A program made the position numbers and the translations under genes. This document shows positions 38,416-46,762 of a stretch of 64,000 nucleotides of DNA, piece by piece. The notes under the pieces were generated by a model, which was not told the origin of the DNA, ran no database searches, and saw only the letters and a program-made list of their open reading frames with translations. How positions within the stretch are numbered: position 1 is the first letter of the stretch; each line of letters starts with the position of its first letter. Location of the stretch: the NCBI GenBank assembly GCA_039793985.1, contig JBAMMC010000033.1, positions 7,186-71,185 on the forward strand. The letters run 5' to 3'. The DNA is from Fervidicoccaceae archaeon. Lineage in GTDB: Archaea > Thermoproteota > Thermoprotei_A > Sulfolobales > Fervidicoccaceae.

Positions 38416-39249
38416 TTAGAAGTAGACTACCCGTACTTTTTTGCTTTGAGCGAACCTTTCAATAGTGTCTTTAAAGCTCCTGTTGCCTGCTTTTTTCTCA
38501 ACATACACAGCTTCTATTCCTTCGTAGTTCTTATCAAACATCTGCAATAGAACTTTCTCGCTTATTCCTTCTTTCAGAGCATACTTTGGAGCTATATGCC
38601 CAAAACAGACATCTCTATCAAAAGTTAACTCGGAATGCCTTTCACTGTAATGGCCTCCTCCAAATCCTATGGATTTCTCGCAAATTGGAAGCTTGTTTTC
38701 TGTGAGGAGGAGGTGAGCTTCAAATATAACCTCAGCTACAAGCTCGTGGAGATCTTCTCTCTTCCACATTTCCTCATCGCTGCCAATTTCTATGAAGGAA
38801 ATGGGCTTTGTAAGGCTACTCGGACCATGATGCGTTGCTTCATATGACACCTTGAATTCTCCAAGAAGGTTCCTGGATTCAGCCTTTTCTTTCAGTTTCT
38901 TCAGAAGGAAACCGTTCAGCCTAGGAAAGCTCACAGATAGCTCTTCTCCTTTTCCTCCAAGCAGAGCCTGCTTTAGAAGGTTTCCAGTAGAATGTACAGT
39001 TAGGGAAGGTATTTTAGATTCGCTCCTATGTTTGGAGAGTACAATGAATCCATCGTAGCCTCCGATTTCTTCTAGAAATTCGAACTCTACTACACTTTGA
39101 GGAAATCCCCGGACTAATTCCTCTCCAAGCATCTTTTTTAGTTTTCTAGCTATCCCGATACCAGCTAAATCCTTTTCGCTATAGACATAGAGCATTTTCA
39201 TTTCTTTCGCCTCTGGGAGATGCTCCACATCTCGAACTAAGCTCTTCAA
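38416..39249 (-). CDS. dtdA: D-aminoacyl-tRNA deacylase, archaeal DtdA type
   Basis: YEATHHGPS, FIEIGSDEEMW, GGGHYSERH and FGHIAPKYAL match archaeal DtdA (from memory). The start may be the internal MKML. Confidence 0.8.
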   Translation of the reverse strand: MKSLVRDVEHLPEAKEMKMLYVYSEKDLAGIGIARKLKKMLGEELVRGFPQSVVEFEFLEEIGGYDGFIVLSKHRSESKIPSLTVHSTGNLLKQALLGGKGEELSVSFPRLNGFLLKKLKEKAESRNLLGEFKVSYEATHHGPSSLTKPISFIEIGSDEEMWKREDLHELVAEVIFEAHLLLTENKLPICEKSIGFGGGHYSERHSELTFDRDVCFGHIAPKYALKEGISEKVLLQMFDKNYEGIEAVYVEKKAGNRSFKDTIERFAQSKKVRVVYF

Positions 39250-39402
39250 GTTGGAATTAAAGAGTCTACAAATTAGATAATAAATGATTAAGAGAGAATA
39301 TCATTAAAGATGAAGTTCGGCCTGTGTCTATGTGCTTAGGAATCCACCGGACTCTAAAATCTTAGTCTAGGAAGCATAAATATATCGATTATTGCGTGAG
39401 GG

Positions 39403-40329
39403 ATGATGATAGAAGGGTTTATCGGTAGATATGGTGGAGCATATTGGATTGTTAGGAGTATTTATAACGTGGATAATAGAGTACTCGCCCTTCCTCGATA
39501 TGTATGGAGAGATGGAAAGCTTTTAACAATAAAAGAACCAGAGGAATCTATCGAAATCGCTGAACTAGCTGGAGAAGACATTGTTAGTTATTCGGAATGC
39601 TTCGGAAGAAGGGTTCCACTTTTGAAAAAAGAGTCCTTCGAAGAAGTTCTGGATCCAAGATTTGGACCGTTTAATCTCCGAGGAAGAGTTGGGGGAGTTG
39701 CTGTAGAGCTTGTAGAATTATTGAGAAATGAAACAGGTAGTGAGAATGTTGGGATCACGGGGGGTCTATTATTGGGAAAACAGACAGAAGATATAGATCT
39801 CATCATTTATGGAAAGGACACTTGCGAAACGGCATATGAGATGCTTAAGAAGGGACAGATACTCAAAAGCTACTCGAAGAGTGAGGCTTTTGAACTAATA
39901 CTGAGAAGAGGACAGAAATTAATTACAGAAGAGCTCATCGATAAAGAAGCACGTAAATCGTTGCAGGGTAAGTTCAGAGGAATTGATGTATATATCAGAC
40001 TCGTGCCTGTACTACCAAACTCTCCAGTAGAATGCAAGAGGAGGGTCTTCAAGGTTGGAGGGGTCTGGAGATATGTAGAAGTGACAGATTCCAGTATGGG
40101 ATATTTGTACCCATGCACTTATTCTGCCCTCGACCTGACAAGCGGTGAAGAAATAGTAATCTTTTCAGATAGAGGTAGATATTGTGAATTGCTAGATGAT
40201 GGAGAGAAAGCTTATGTGAAGGGGGAAATGGAAATAATATACGATGGATCTCAGAAAAAACTCGCTATCAATTTATGGAGCCAAGAACACTATTTGTTAC
40301 CATCAAATACTCTTAGGTGGATGAAATGA
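39403..40329 (+). CDS. Predicted Pol-beta-superfamily nucleotidyltransferase-like protein
   Basis: GITGGLLLGKQTEDIDLIIYG fits the G[ST]-x(9-13)-[DE]h[DE] minimal NTase pattern. The rest is unassigned. Confidence 0.45.
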   Translation: MMIEGFIGRYGGAYWIVRSIYNVDNRVLALPRYVWRDGKLLTIKEPEESIEIAELAGEDIVSYSECFGRRVPLLKKESFEEVLDPRFGPFNLRGRVGGVAVELVELLRNETGSENVGITGGLLLGKQTEDIDLIIYGKDTCETAYEMLKKGQILKSYSKSEAFELILRRGQKLITEELIDKEARKSLQGKFRGIDVYIRLVPVLPNSPVECKRRVFKVGGVWRYVEVTDSSMGYLYPCTYSALDLTSGEEIVIFSDRGRYCELLDDGEKAYVKGEMEIIYDGSQKKLAINLWSQEHYLLPSNTLRWMK

Positions 40330-40928
40330 AAGTTGTTGAAAGAGGGCGATGGAGAAAGGAGCTTCTCGGGTCCTATGTAGAGTCTCTGGTAGTTTCAAAG
40401 TATTTGGAGAATATGCCTGCTTTCCTCGGAGTAAAGCTCACAACTGAAGACTCGGGCGTAGCATTTGTATATAAAGGAACACGTCTCCATTACCTCATGA
40501 CAAGAGGTCTTTTCCGAGGTGAAAACCTGTTCTTAAATTTTACCCATTCTTCTGAAGTGTTGATTAGAGCATTCATCGGAGAGGAAGTTAAAGTCAATTG
40601 GAATGAATTCCCGCCAAGAATAGAGGGAGCTCATCTCATTGTTAGAGCTTCTGTTGAAAAGCATGATAGTGGGGATCCAATAAAGGTCTATCTTAAACTG
40701 TACGAGGAATGGGTAGACGAAAGTTCCGTTTTCCCTCTTACCAGGGTCACCGGACTGGTTACAGAAGCCTTAGTAGAGCTAAGCAGACTCGGTATAGGAG
40801 ACTCTGAAAATAGGGAGAGGAGCTTGAATTTTTTCAAAGAAAGGTTGATCAGAGTTTCTGGAAGAGAGGAGCTCCTCGAATTACTGAAAAAAGCTGAAGA
40901 GGAGGCAAGAAGCAAGTGGAAGGGATAG
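40317..40928 (+). CDS. Hypothetical protein
   Basis: Overlaps both neighbours (translational coupling). No motif recognised. Confidence 0.4.
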   Translation: MDEMKVVERGRWRKELLGSYVESLVVSKYLENMPAFLGVKLTTEDSGVAFVYKGTRLHYLMTRGLFRGENLFLNFTHSSEVLIRAFIGEEVKVNWNEFPPRIEGAHLIVRASVEKHDSGDPIKVYLKLYEEWVDESSVFPLTRVTGLVTEALVELSRLGIGDSENRERSLNFFKERLIRVSGREELLELLKKAEEEARSKWKG

Positions 40929-41722
40929 AAAGAAGAGTCAGGAGAGCTATTGCTCTTGCTATAATGCTGGAGCCAACTGGATGGGGAATTTCCGGTAACG
41001 TCTCTAGAACTAGAGATCACCCAGACAAGACGATCCAAGATTATATAGTTCTTGGATATGAGATGGGGAGCAAAGTTGTTGAAGTGGTCAAAAGAGAGAG
41101 GGGAGATGGTTCGGGCTTTCTGATTCTCGTTGAGGATATGATGAGGATGTTTCAAACCAACTTGGCTTTCGGTGAGATTTTCTTATTGTATTTGAACGCA
41201 TTTGGAGCTATGAATGAGAAAAGCTTAGATATTGATACTGTAGCAGAAGGAGGAGCTAAGTTGCTCTTTTCCATGAAGTTAGAGAACTATATGAAAGCGC
41301 TCAGAGCATCATCTCCAAGTTTTATCGGGAGGTTCTCATCATCGTTGATCCCCTCCCTTACTCCTCCTCTCTCTAGAAACCGGATTGATGGGAGAGTTAT
41401 GAACTTTCTCAGATTGAATCCATTCGACCCTGTCTCACTAGAAGCTTCAAGAGGTTTTCCCTTTTCAAGGTCGAATTCTAAGAGGCTTCTCAGCAACCTT
41501 TCCTGCAGAATTCCAAACTCAGAAGATATAGATTTCGTCTTCAGAAGAGCTTGTTGCACACATATCGATTTCTTGGTTTACAGGAAGAGAGGGATTGAAG
41601 CTGCTGAGCAGGCTTCAAAGGAGTGTTGTTTCGAAAAAACTGAGGAATCTATTGGCTCAATTTCCGACCTTGTCGCACTGACGCTCTTTTACTATTTTCT
41701 CAATTGCAGTGGGGGAAGTTAG
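40916..41722 (+). CDS. Divergent CitG/MdcB-like (triphosphoribosyl-dephospho-CoA synthase family) protein
   Basis: The start AIALAIMLEPTGWGISGNVSRTRDHPD aligns by eye to E..PKPG.V.R...H.D. FGEIFLLYL aligns to HKG.IF.LGL, and the C-terminal GSISDLVALTLFYYFL to GGSADLL..T.FL. Several catalytic positions differ. Confidence 0.35.
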   Translation: MEGIERRVRRAIALAIMLEPTGWGISGNVSRTRDHPDKTIQDYIVLGYEMGSKVVEVVKRERGDGSGFLILVEDMMRMFQTNLAFGEIFLLYLNAFGAMNEKSLDIDTVAEGGAKLLFSMKLENYMKALRASSPSFIGRFSSSLIPSLTPPLSRNRIDGRVMNFLRLNPFDPVSLEASRGFPFSRSNSKRLLSNLSCRIPNSEDIDFVFRRACCTHIDFLVYRKRGIEAAEQASKECCFEKTEESIGSISDLVALTLFYYFLNCSGGS

Positions 41723-42248
41723 AGAAATGTCAAAGAAGACCTTGAGGGATTTTTGGAAAGAGAGTGAAAAAACTGAGGAGGGTTTCGACAGTTGCTATGA
41801 ACTGGAAGAGAAAATCAGCAAAATAGAGGAAAAGTTGGAGAAGATCGAGAAAAGGTTGGAGAAGATCGAAGACTTACTGGAAAAGATGGGAGAAAGAGAA
41901 GGAGAAAAAGCTATAGGAATAAAGGAAATTGAGGATGCCATGAGGATTCTGAAGGAAAGAGGATTCATAAGAGAGAGCGTTGATCTATCCAAAACAAGAC
42001 GCAGGAAGGATATAGTGGAAAGGCTCAAGGGGCTTGGGGCAATAGAGATCAGGGGGAGCAGCGATACATATATAGTTCATCCGAGAAAATTCGAGGAATT
42101 CTTGAAAAATATTGAAGAGATGCGAGAAAGCGATCCTGTTGTAGTCGGGGATAAACTGGGGGAGATGAAGGATCTTTTTAATGAAATGGTTAGAGCTGGT
42201 CTTGTGTATTTCGATGTGAAGGAAAGAAAATGGAAAACGGTTGGTTAG
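41709..42248 (+). CDS. Coiled-coil protein whose C-terminal domain is paralogous to the 21908..22612 product
   Basis: Heptad run EEKISKIEEKLEKIEKRLEKIEDLLEKM. The C-terminus LKGLGAIEIRGSSDTYIVHPRKFEEF...LFNEMVRAGLVYFDVKERKWK parallels LKREGAIVIELEGEYIAVDPEFWDNF...LFRKLLSGGKLAYDPAENAWR. Confidence 0.45.
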   Translation: MGEVREMSKKTLRDFWKESEKTEEGFDSCYELEEKISKIEEKLEKIEKRLEKIEDLLEKMGEREGEKAIGIKEIEDAMRILKERGFIRESVDLSKTRRRKDIVERLKGLGAIEIRGSSDTYIVHPRKFEEFLKNIEEMRESDPVVVGDKLGEMKDLFNEMVRAGLVYFDVKERKWKTVG

Positions 42249-42667
42249 AAAGGTTCAGGACTCATTTCCCTATATAGAAAAAGAGATATGCCCTTGAAAC
42301 GGGGATCTTTCTTCAATTTCCAAAGAAGCTCTTCATCGTCTTCATGAATTTCACAAATTTTCCACCTTTCGGCTATCTCTCCTAAGATCTTCAGCTTCCA
42401 TTCCCTGACCTCAATTTCTTCATTCCTGAAAATGAAGCGACTGACCAGCTTTGTATCCAATCCTTTCTCAGAAAGCTCCAATAGAACTTTCATCCTTTCC
42501 GCATTTCTCCTTCCTGTAAGAACAAACACCCTCCCTTTCTTAGCTCTGTCCTCTAGCAACTCGATGCCTTTGTTCTTCAAACCTCTCTTTCTTATAGACC
42601 CCAAAAAAGCCTCTTCTTCATCCAAAAGCACTCCATCTATATCGAATACGAAGATGCAATAGCTCAT
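42245..42667 (-). CDS. Small HAD-like hydrolase
   Basis: From the internal Met: MSYCIFVFDIDGVLLD (DxDG motif I), VFVLTGRR (motif II Thr). ATGA overlap with the upstream gene. Confidence 0.5.
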   Translation of the reverse strand: MSYCIFVFDIDGVLLDEEEAFLGSIRKRGLKNKGIELLEDRAKKGRVFVLTGRRNAERMKVLLELSEKGLDTKLVSRFIFRNEEIEVREWKLKILGEIAERWKICEIHEDDEELLWKLKKDPRFKGISLFLYREMSPEPF

Positions 42668-43209
42668 GGCACCACCTCGGGGATTACGAAGATGTCTTCC
42701 CCATCTTCTGAGACCAACTCCGCTGCTTTCCCGAGTAACAACATCGAACCAACGAGGCAACAGGCAGCAGCATCCGCATCATCTCCCCTGAGATGAATTC
42801 CCAATATCTTTTCGACCATTTCTTCCGTATTAGAGAAACCAAGGAGTTTCGCCGCACTCCATGGATGCGTTTCAAAAACAATAGCATTTTTCAAGAGATT
42901 TTTGATTCTCATGGATAGCCTAGATCCAGTTTCAGCTAGTTTCTTCATTGGTTCCATGGAAATGGGGAGGACCTTGCATCCCAGGCTTAGTGCGAGCCTG
43001 TCTAAGTCTCGGAAACCTGATTCTTCATTCAAGGACAGAGGTGCATCGATCGCTACCAATAGATAATCGTAATCTTCACTCTTTGAAAGAATGACTGATA
43101 GAATTGCTTCTTCCCCGTCGACTTTTACCAACTGAAGTTTCTTCTCATTCCAGCTATGAAGGCATATCGAAGAAGGTCTATTGAGAGAAAGGTCGATACC
43201 AAAGACCAT
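42664..43209 (-). CDS. RNase H-fold predicted nuclease (DUF429/COG2410-like)
   Basis: MVFGIDLS...LVAIDAPLS...ETHPWSA...DDADAAACCLVG pattern (from memory). Start taken at the internal Met so that it does not overlap serS. Confidence 0.45.
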   Translation of the reverse strand: MVFGIDLSLNRPSSICLHSWNEKKLQLVKVDGEEAILSVILSKSEDYDYLLVAIDAPLSLNEESGFRDLDRLALSLGCKVLPISMEPMKKLAETGSRLSMRIKNLLKNAIVFETHPWSAAKLLGFSNTEEMVEKILGIHLRGDDADAAACCLVGSMLLLGKAAELVSEDGEDIFVIPEVVP

Positions 43210-43237
43210 AATTTTTTCTGTAACAAGATTAAGGTTT

Positions 43238-44617
43238 CTATTTTTCCCTAGGTCTGAGTTCATCTATGGGTGCCCTCTCGATGGGTTCAAGGTACTTTCT
43301 AAGGATCTTAGGGACTATCACCCTTCCATCGGGCTCCTGAAAGTTCTCCAAGATTGCTGTGATAGCTCTGGATGTAGGTATCCCTGTACCGTTCAATGTG
43401 TGCAGGTACTCTCTCTTTCCATCTGAGGCTCTCAGGTACGTCAAGTTAGCCCTGAAGGCCTGCCAATCAAGTACCTGACTGATGCTGGCGATCTCTCTAT
43501 ATTTGCCCTGAGCAGGATACCATACCTCTATATCGTATTTCTTGGCAGCAGGTAAACCAAGCTCACCGCTTACAACATTAACTACTCTATATGGCAGCTC
43601 CAGCCCCTTCAATATTCCTTCCGTATTGTCAACCATTTCGTCCAAGTATTTCCAGCTGTCGCTTGGGTGAGCAAAAACAAATTGTTCTATCTTATGGAAC
43701 TGGTGAACTCTGAATATGCCTTTTATATCTCTGTTGCCAGCTCCGGCCTCCTTTCTGAAACAAGGGCTCCATCCAACTAGCTTCAATGGCAAATCCTGCT
43801 CTCTCAAGGGATTTTCATAAGCAAGAGCCATCAATGGGTGCTCAGCAGTGCCTATTAGATTCAGATCCTCCCCCTCTATCTTATATATCATATCTTTGAA
43901 TGAGGAATAGTCTATGGCTCCCTCAAGGACCTCTGTCCTCAACATATAAGGAGGGATTACGGGAGTATACCCTTTTTTCGTCAACAAATCGAGGGCATAC
44001 ATGCTGATTGCGAAGTCGAGCCAAACAATGTCTCCTATCAAATAGTAGAATCTTGACCCTGCTACCTTGGCTGCCTGGAGAGTATCCCCCATCTTGAGAA
44101 CCTTCTCTAGAATATCCGCATGTCCTATGAGCTCCTTACCTTCGATTAACTCATAGTCAACGTTGAACCCCCACTTTCTAGTCTGGTTGAAGAAATCATC
44201 GAGTTTTTCTCTGAGCACTTTCGGTTTTCCCCAGAACCTCACAGGAACATTTTCTTCATCTGAAAATCCTATAGGAACATCGTCTGCCAATATATTGGGA
44301 AGCTTCTTCATAGCATCTCTCCATTTCATTTCCGCTTGTGACACTTCGTTTTCCTTAGCAATGAGGATATCTTCAAGCTCCTTAGCTTTCCTCAGGAGCT
44401 CTTTCTTCTCTTCATCGCTCTTTGCCTTTGATATGCTCCTGCTCAGTTGGTTGTGATCTCTCCTGAGCTGCTCCACTTCCTTCACGAGATCTCTATATCT
44501 TTTGTCTATTTCAATGGCTTCATTCACAATTGAAGCGTCTAGTCCCCTCTTCTTAACCATTTCAATATATTTATCAGGAAAGCTCCTTATCATCTCAATA
44601 ACTGTCCATTTTGGCAT
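43238..44617 (-). CDS. serS: Seryl-tRNA synthetase
   Basis: N-terminal coiled-coil arm, class II core and GTGIPTSRAITAILENFQ near the C-terminus. Start at MPKWTVIEM (44617). Confidence 0.9.
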   Translation of the reverse strand: MPKWTVIEMIRSFPDKYIEMVKKRGLDASIVNEAIEIDKRYRDLVKEVEQLRRDHNQLSRSISKAKSDEEKKELLRKAKELEDILIAKENEVSQAEMKWRDAMKKLPNILADDVPIGFSDEENVPVRFWGKPKVLREKLDDFFNQTRKWGFNVDYELIEGKELIGHADILEKVLKMGDTLQAAKVAGSRFYYLIGDIVWLDFAISMYALDLLTKKGYTPVIPPYMLRTEVLEGAIDYSSFKDMIYKIEGEDLNLIGTAEHPLMALAYENPLREQDLPLKLVGWSPCFRKEAGAGNRDIKGIFRVHQFHKIEQFVFAHPSDSWKYLDEMVDNTEGILKGLELPYRVVNVVSGELGLPAAKKYDIEVWYPAQGKYREIASISQVLDWQAFRANLTYLRASDGKREYLHTLNGTGIPTSRAITAILENFQEPDGRVIVPKILRKYLEPIERAPIDELRPREK

Positions 44618-44721
44618 AATATTCCCCTCTATTTTGGAAACATATAACCATCTTTTTCCTTTGGTTAAGAACAAAATTAATGGATTGCGCAGTTATTTAA
44701 TAGTTTTCTGACGACTAGACG

Positions 44722-44762
44722 AGAGATCCGTAAACTACCCCACTATCACGGATGGGGTCTCT
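44722..44762. repeat. Structured intergenic element, partial copy C, next to tRNA-Thr
   Basis: Plus strand: AGAGATCCGTAAACTACCCCACTATCACGGATGGGGTCTCT. It shares AACTACCCC-N-CT-N5-6-CGGATG-GG with copy A and the CCCC...GGGG hairpin with copy B. Nested stems are AGAGA/TCTCT and ATCCGT/ACGGAT. Confidence 0.4.
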
Positions 44763-44782
44763 GGTGTTTGAAAATGAAAGCA

Positions 44783-44858
<76 letters not shown>

Positions 44859-44964
44859 ATCTTCGCATTAGGATTAGAGTGCCTCCTAATTACCTTTTCG
44901 CTCTCTCCATAGTTTTAAAAAAGTGAAATAAATAAAATTCTCGACGCATATAGAGAAGGTTAAG

Positions 44965-45768
44965 GTGTCGATAATGACGAAAATCTACGGAATTGAAGGT
45001 TTAAGGGTTCTAGTTACAGCATCTACAAGGGGTATTGGCTTCGGAATAGCGAAGGTTTTGCTGGAAAATGGAGCCAAGGTTATGATCAATGGAAGGAGTA
45101 AAGAGGGAGTTTTGAAATCGCTCGAGAGGCTTCGCGCATTGGGTGAGGGAAGAAGTTACGGAATAGCAGCTGATATTGCCGTGAAAGAAGATGCTGTCAG
45201 ACTGGTCAGAGAAGCAGCGAGCACCCTTGGAGGATTAGATTCTCTGGTATATGTCACGGGGCCTCCAAAGCCTGGCTATTTCTCAGAACTGAATTACAAT
45301 GATTGGGAAGATGGAATAAGGCTACTTGTGAGCTCAGCAATAACGCTGGCCAAGGAATCGATAGCGTTCTTGAAGGAATCCAGCAACCCTTCAATGGTTT
45401 TTTTGACCAGCATAGCAGTTAAGGAACCGATACCAAATATCGCCCTTTCCAACGTGCTTAGAATATCCGTACATGGATTGGTCAAGACTCTATCCAGAGA
45501 GCTTGCTCCAATGGGTATAAGAGTGAATGCCGTTCTTCCAGGACACATAGAGACTGAGAGATCTGTCCAGCTAGCTGCTGACAAAGCAAGCAGGGAGAAG
45601 AGAAGCGTAGAAGAAGTACTGAGGGAGATGGCTTCAGATATTCCAATGAAGCGTTTGGGAAAACCGGAAGAAGTGGGATATGCCGTTGCTTTTCTGGTAA
45701 GTCCACTAGCATCATATATAACTGGAGCGTTCTTGCCTGTAGATGGGGGGATCCTCAGATCTGTATAG
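44965..45768 (+). CDS. Short-chain dehydrogenase/reductase (FabG-like)
   Basis: VTASTRGIGFGIA cofactor motif; about 267 aa; C-terminal GAFLPVDGG. The active-site region was not checked in detail. Confidence 0.8.
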   Translation: MSIMTKIYGIEGLRVLVTASTRGIGFGIAKVLLENGAKVMINGRSKEGVLKSLERLRALGEGRSYGIAADIAVKEDAVRLVREAASTLGGLDSLVYVTGPPKPGYFSELNYNDWEDGIRLLVSSAITLAKESIAFLKESSNPSMVFLTSIAVKEPIPNIALSNVLRISVHGLVKTLSRELAPMGIRVNAVLPGHIETERSVQLAADKASREKRSVEEVLREMASDIPMKRLGKPEEVGYAVAFLVSPLASYITGAFLPVDGGILRSV

Positions 45769-45848
45769 AAATAACTGCCAGTGAAAAGTATTATAGGATA
45801 GGAAGTTGAAAAGTGGAAAAGAAGTACTGTAGATATTGAAAAAGCCTG

Positions 45849-46523
45849 GTGCTATTGATGAATATGTATAGAGGGTTTGGTCTATCTCTTCTCCTAGCTT
45901 CAGTCATTATAGCAACCTTCTCCTATTTCGTGATTGGATTGGTGGCACTGGCAGCTGCTTTCGTAGGTCTCTCAATCGTTGGAGCATCTATGTTTTTGAC
46001 TCCAGAGAATGGAGAAACTTCCGAGGGAGAAAGATTCATTCTCCTTTCTTGGCTGGAAACTGTCTCTTCTATAATGGAAGCATTGAGGATAGGCTCTTTT
46101 AATATGTTTTTGGAGCAAGGAGACTCGGTTTTTGTTATTGTATCTGGAAAAGAGATCGGTGATACCCTGCCTAATATCACCTCCGGTGGTATAGCTTGGG
46201 TTGGGGGGTCTCCCGCATTAGTGCTTAAATCACCTATTAGAAGGGATATGCTTGAGGCGGGAAATGTCTGTTCTTCAGCTGATGCTATGCTAGTCGAAAA
46301 ATACAACTTGGCTGACAGAATAGAATGCTACGAATTGGGAGATACTGTTTCAGCAAAAATCTACGGATCCCTTGTAAGGGATCCTAGAAGGGCTTTTTCG
46401 GCATTTGGGGGCACGTATGGAATGATCCTCGGCTCTATAGCTGCCTTCCTGAAAGGGAAATCAAGGGTAGAATACGTGGAGGAGGGCGGAGATTATATAC
46501 TAATCAAGGTGAAGTCCTCTTGA
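45849..46523 (+). CDS. Membrane protein, function unknown (first gene of the MoxR-associated operon)
   Basis: Two N-terminal TM segments. 4-nt overlap with the next gene. Confidence 0.4.
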   Translation: MLLMNMYRGFGLSLLLASVIIATFSYFVIGLVALAAAFVGLSIVGASMFLTPENGETSEGERFILLSWLETVSSIMEALRIGSFNMFLEQGDSVFVIVSGKEIGDTLPNITSGGIAWVGGSPALVLKSPIRRDMLEAGNVCSSADAMLVEKYNLADRIECYELGDTVSAKIYGSLVRDPRRAFSAFGGTYGMILGSIAAFLKGKSRVEYVEEGGDYILIKVKSS

Positions 46524-46762
46524 TAGGGAGAGATTACATCTTCAATACTCTTCTCTCTCTTTTCATAGCTATTTCATGCTTCTTTCTGGCATATGTAGGG
46601 GAGAGCAGAATCGATGCGTACATGTCTGTATTTGTGCTCGATTATATGGTTCTCAAGGCTGTAATCAGACCAAGAAGGATCGGAAGAGACTGGCTCATGA
46701 TAGTTCTGCTACTGATTTTCTCATTTACTGTTGCCTTCAGAATCGCTGAGGTGATTGGTTGA
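46520..46762 (+). CDS. Small membrane protein
   Basis: 80 aa with about three hydrophobic segments. Overlaps both neighbours by 4 nt. Confidence 0.4.
   Translation: MIGRDYIFNTLLSLFIAISCFFLAYVGESRIDAYMSVFVLDYMVLKAVIRPRRIGRDWLMIVLLLIFSFTVAFRIAEVIG

Noticed and set aside
41800-41890. Apparent tandem DNA repeat (gaaaag/ttggagaagatcgag units)
   Set aside because: It is the nucleotide image of an in-frame heptad coiled coil (EEKLEKIEKRLEKIEDLLEKM). It is neither a CRISPR array nor a non-coding tandem repeat.
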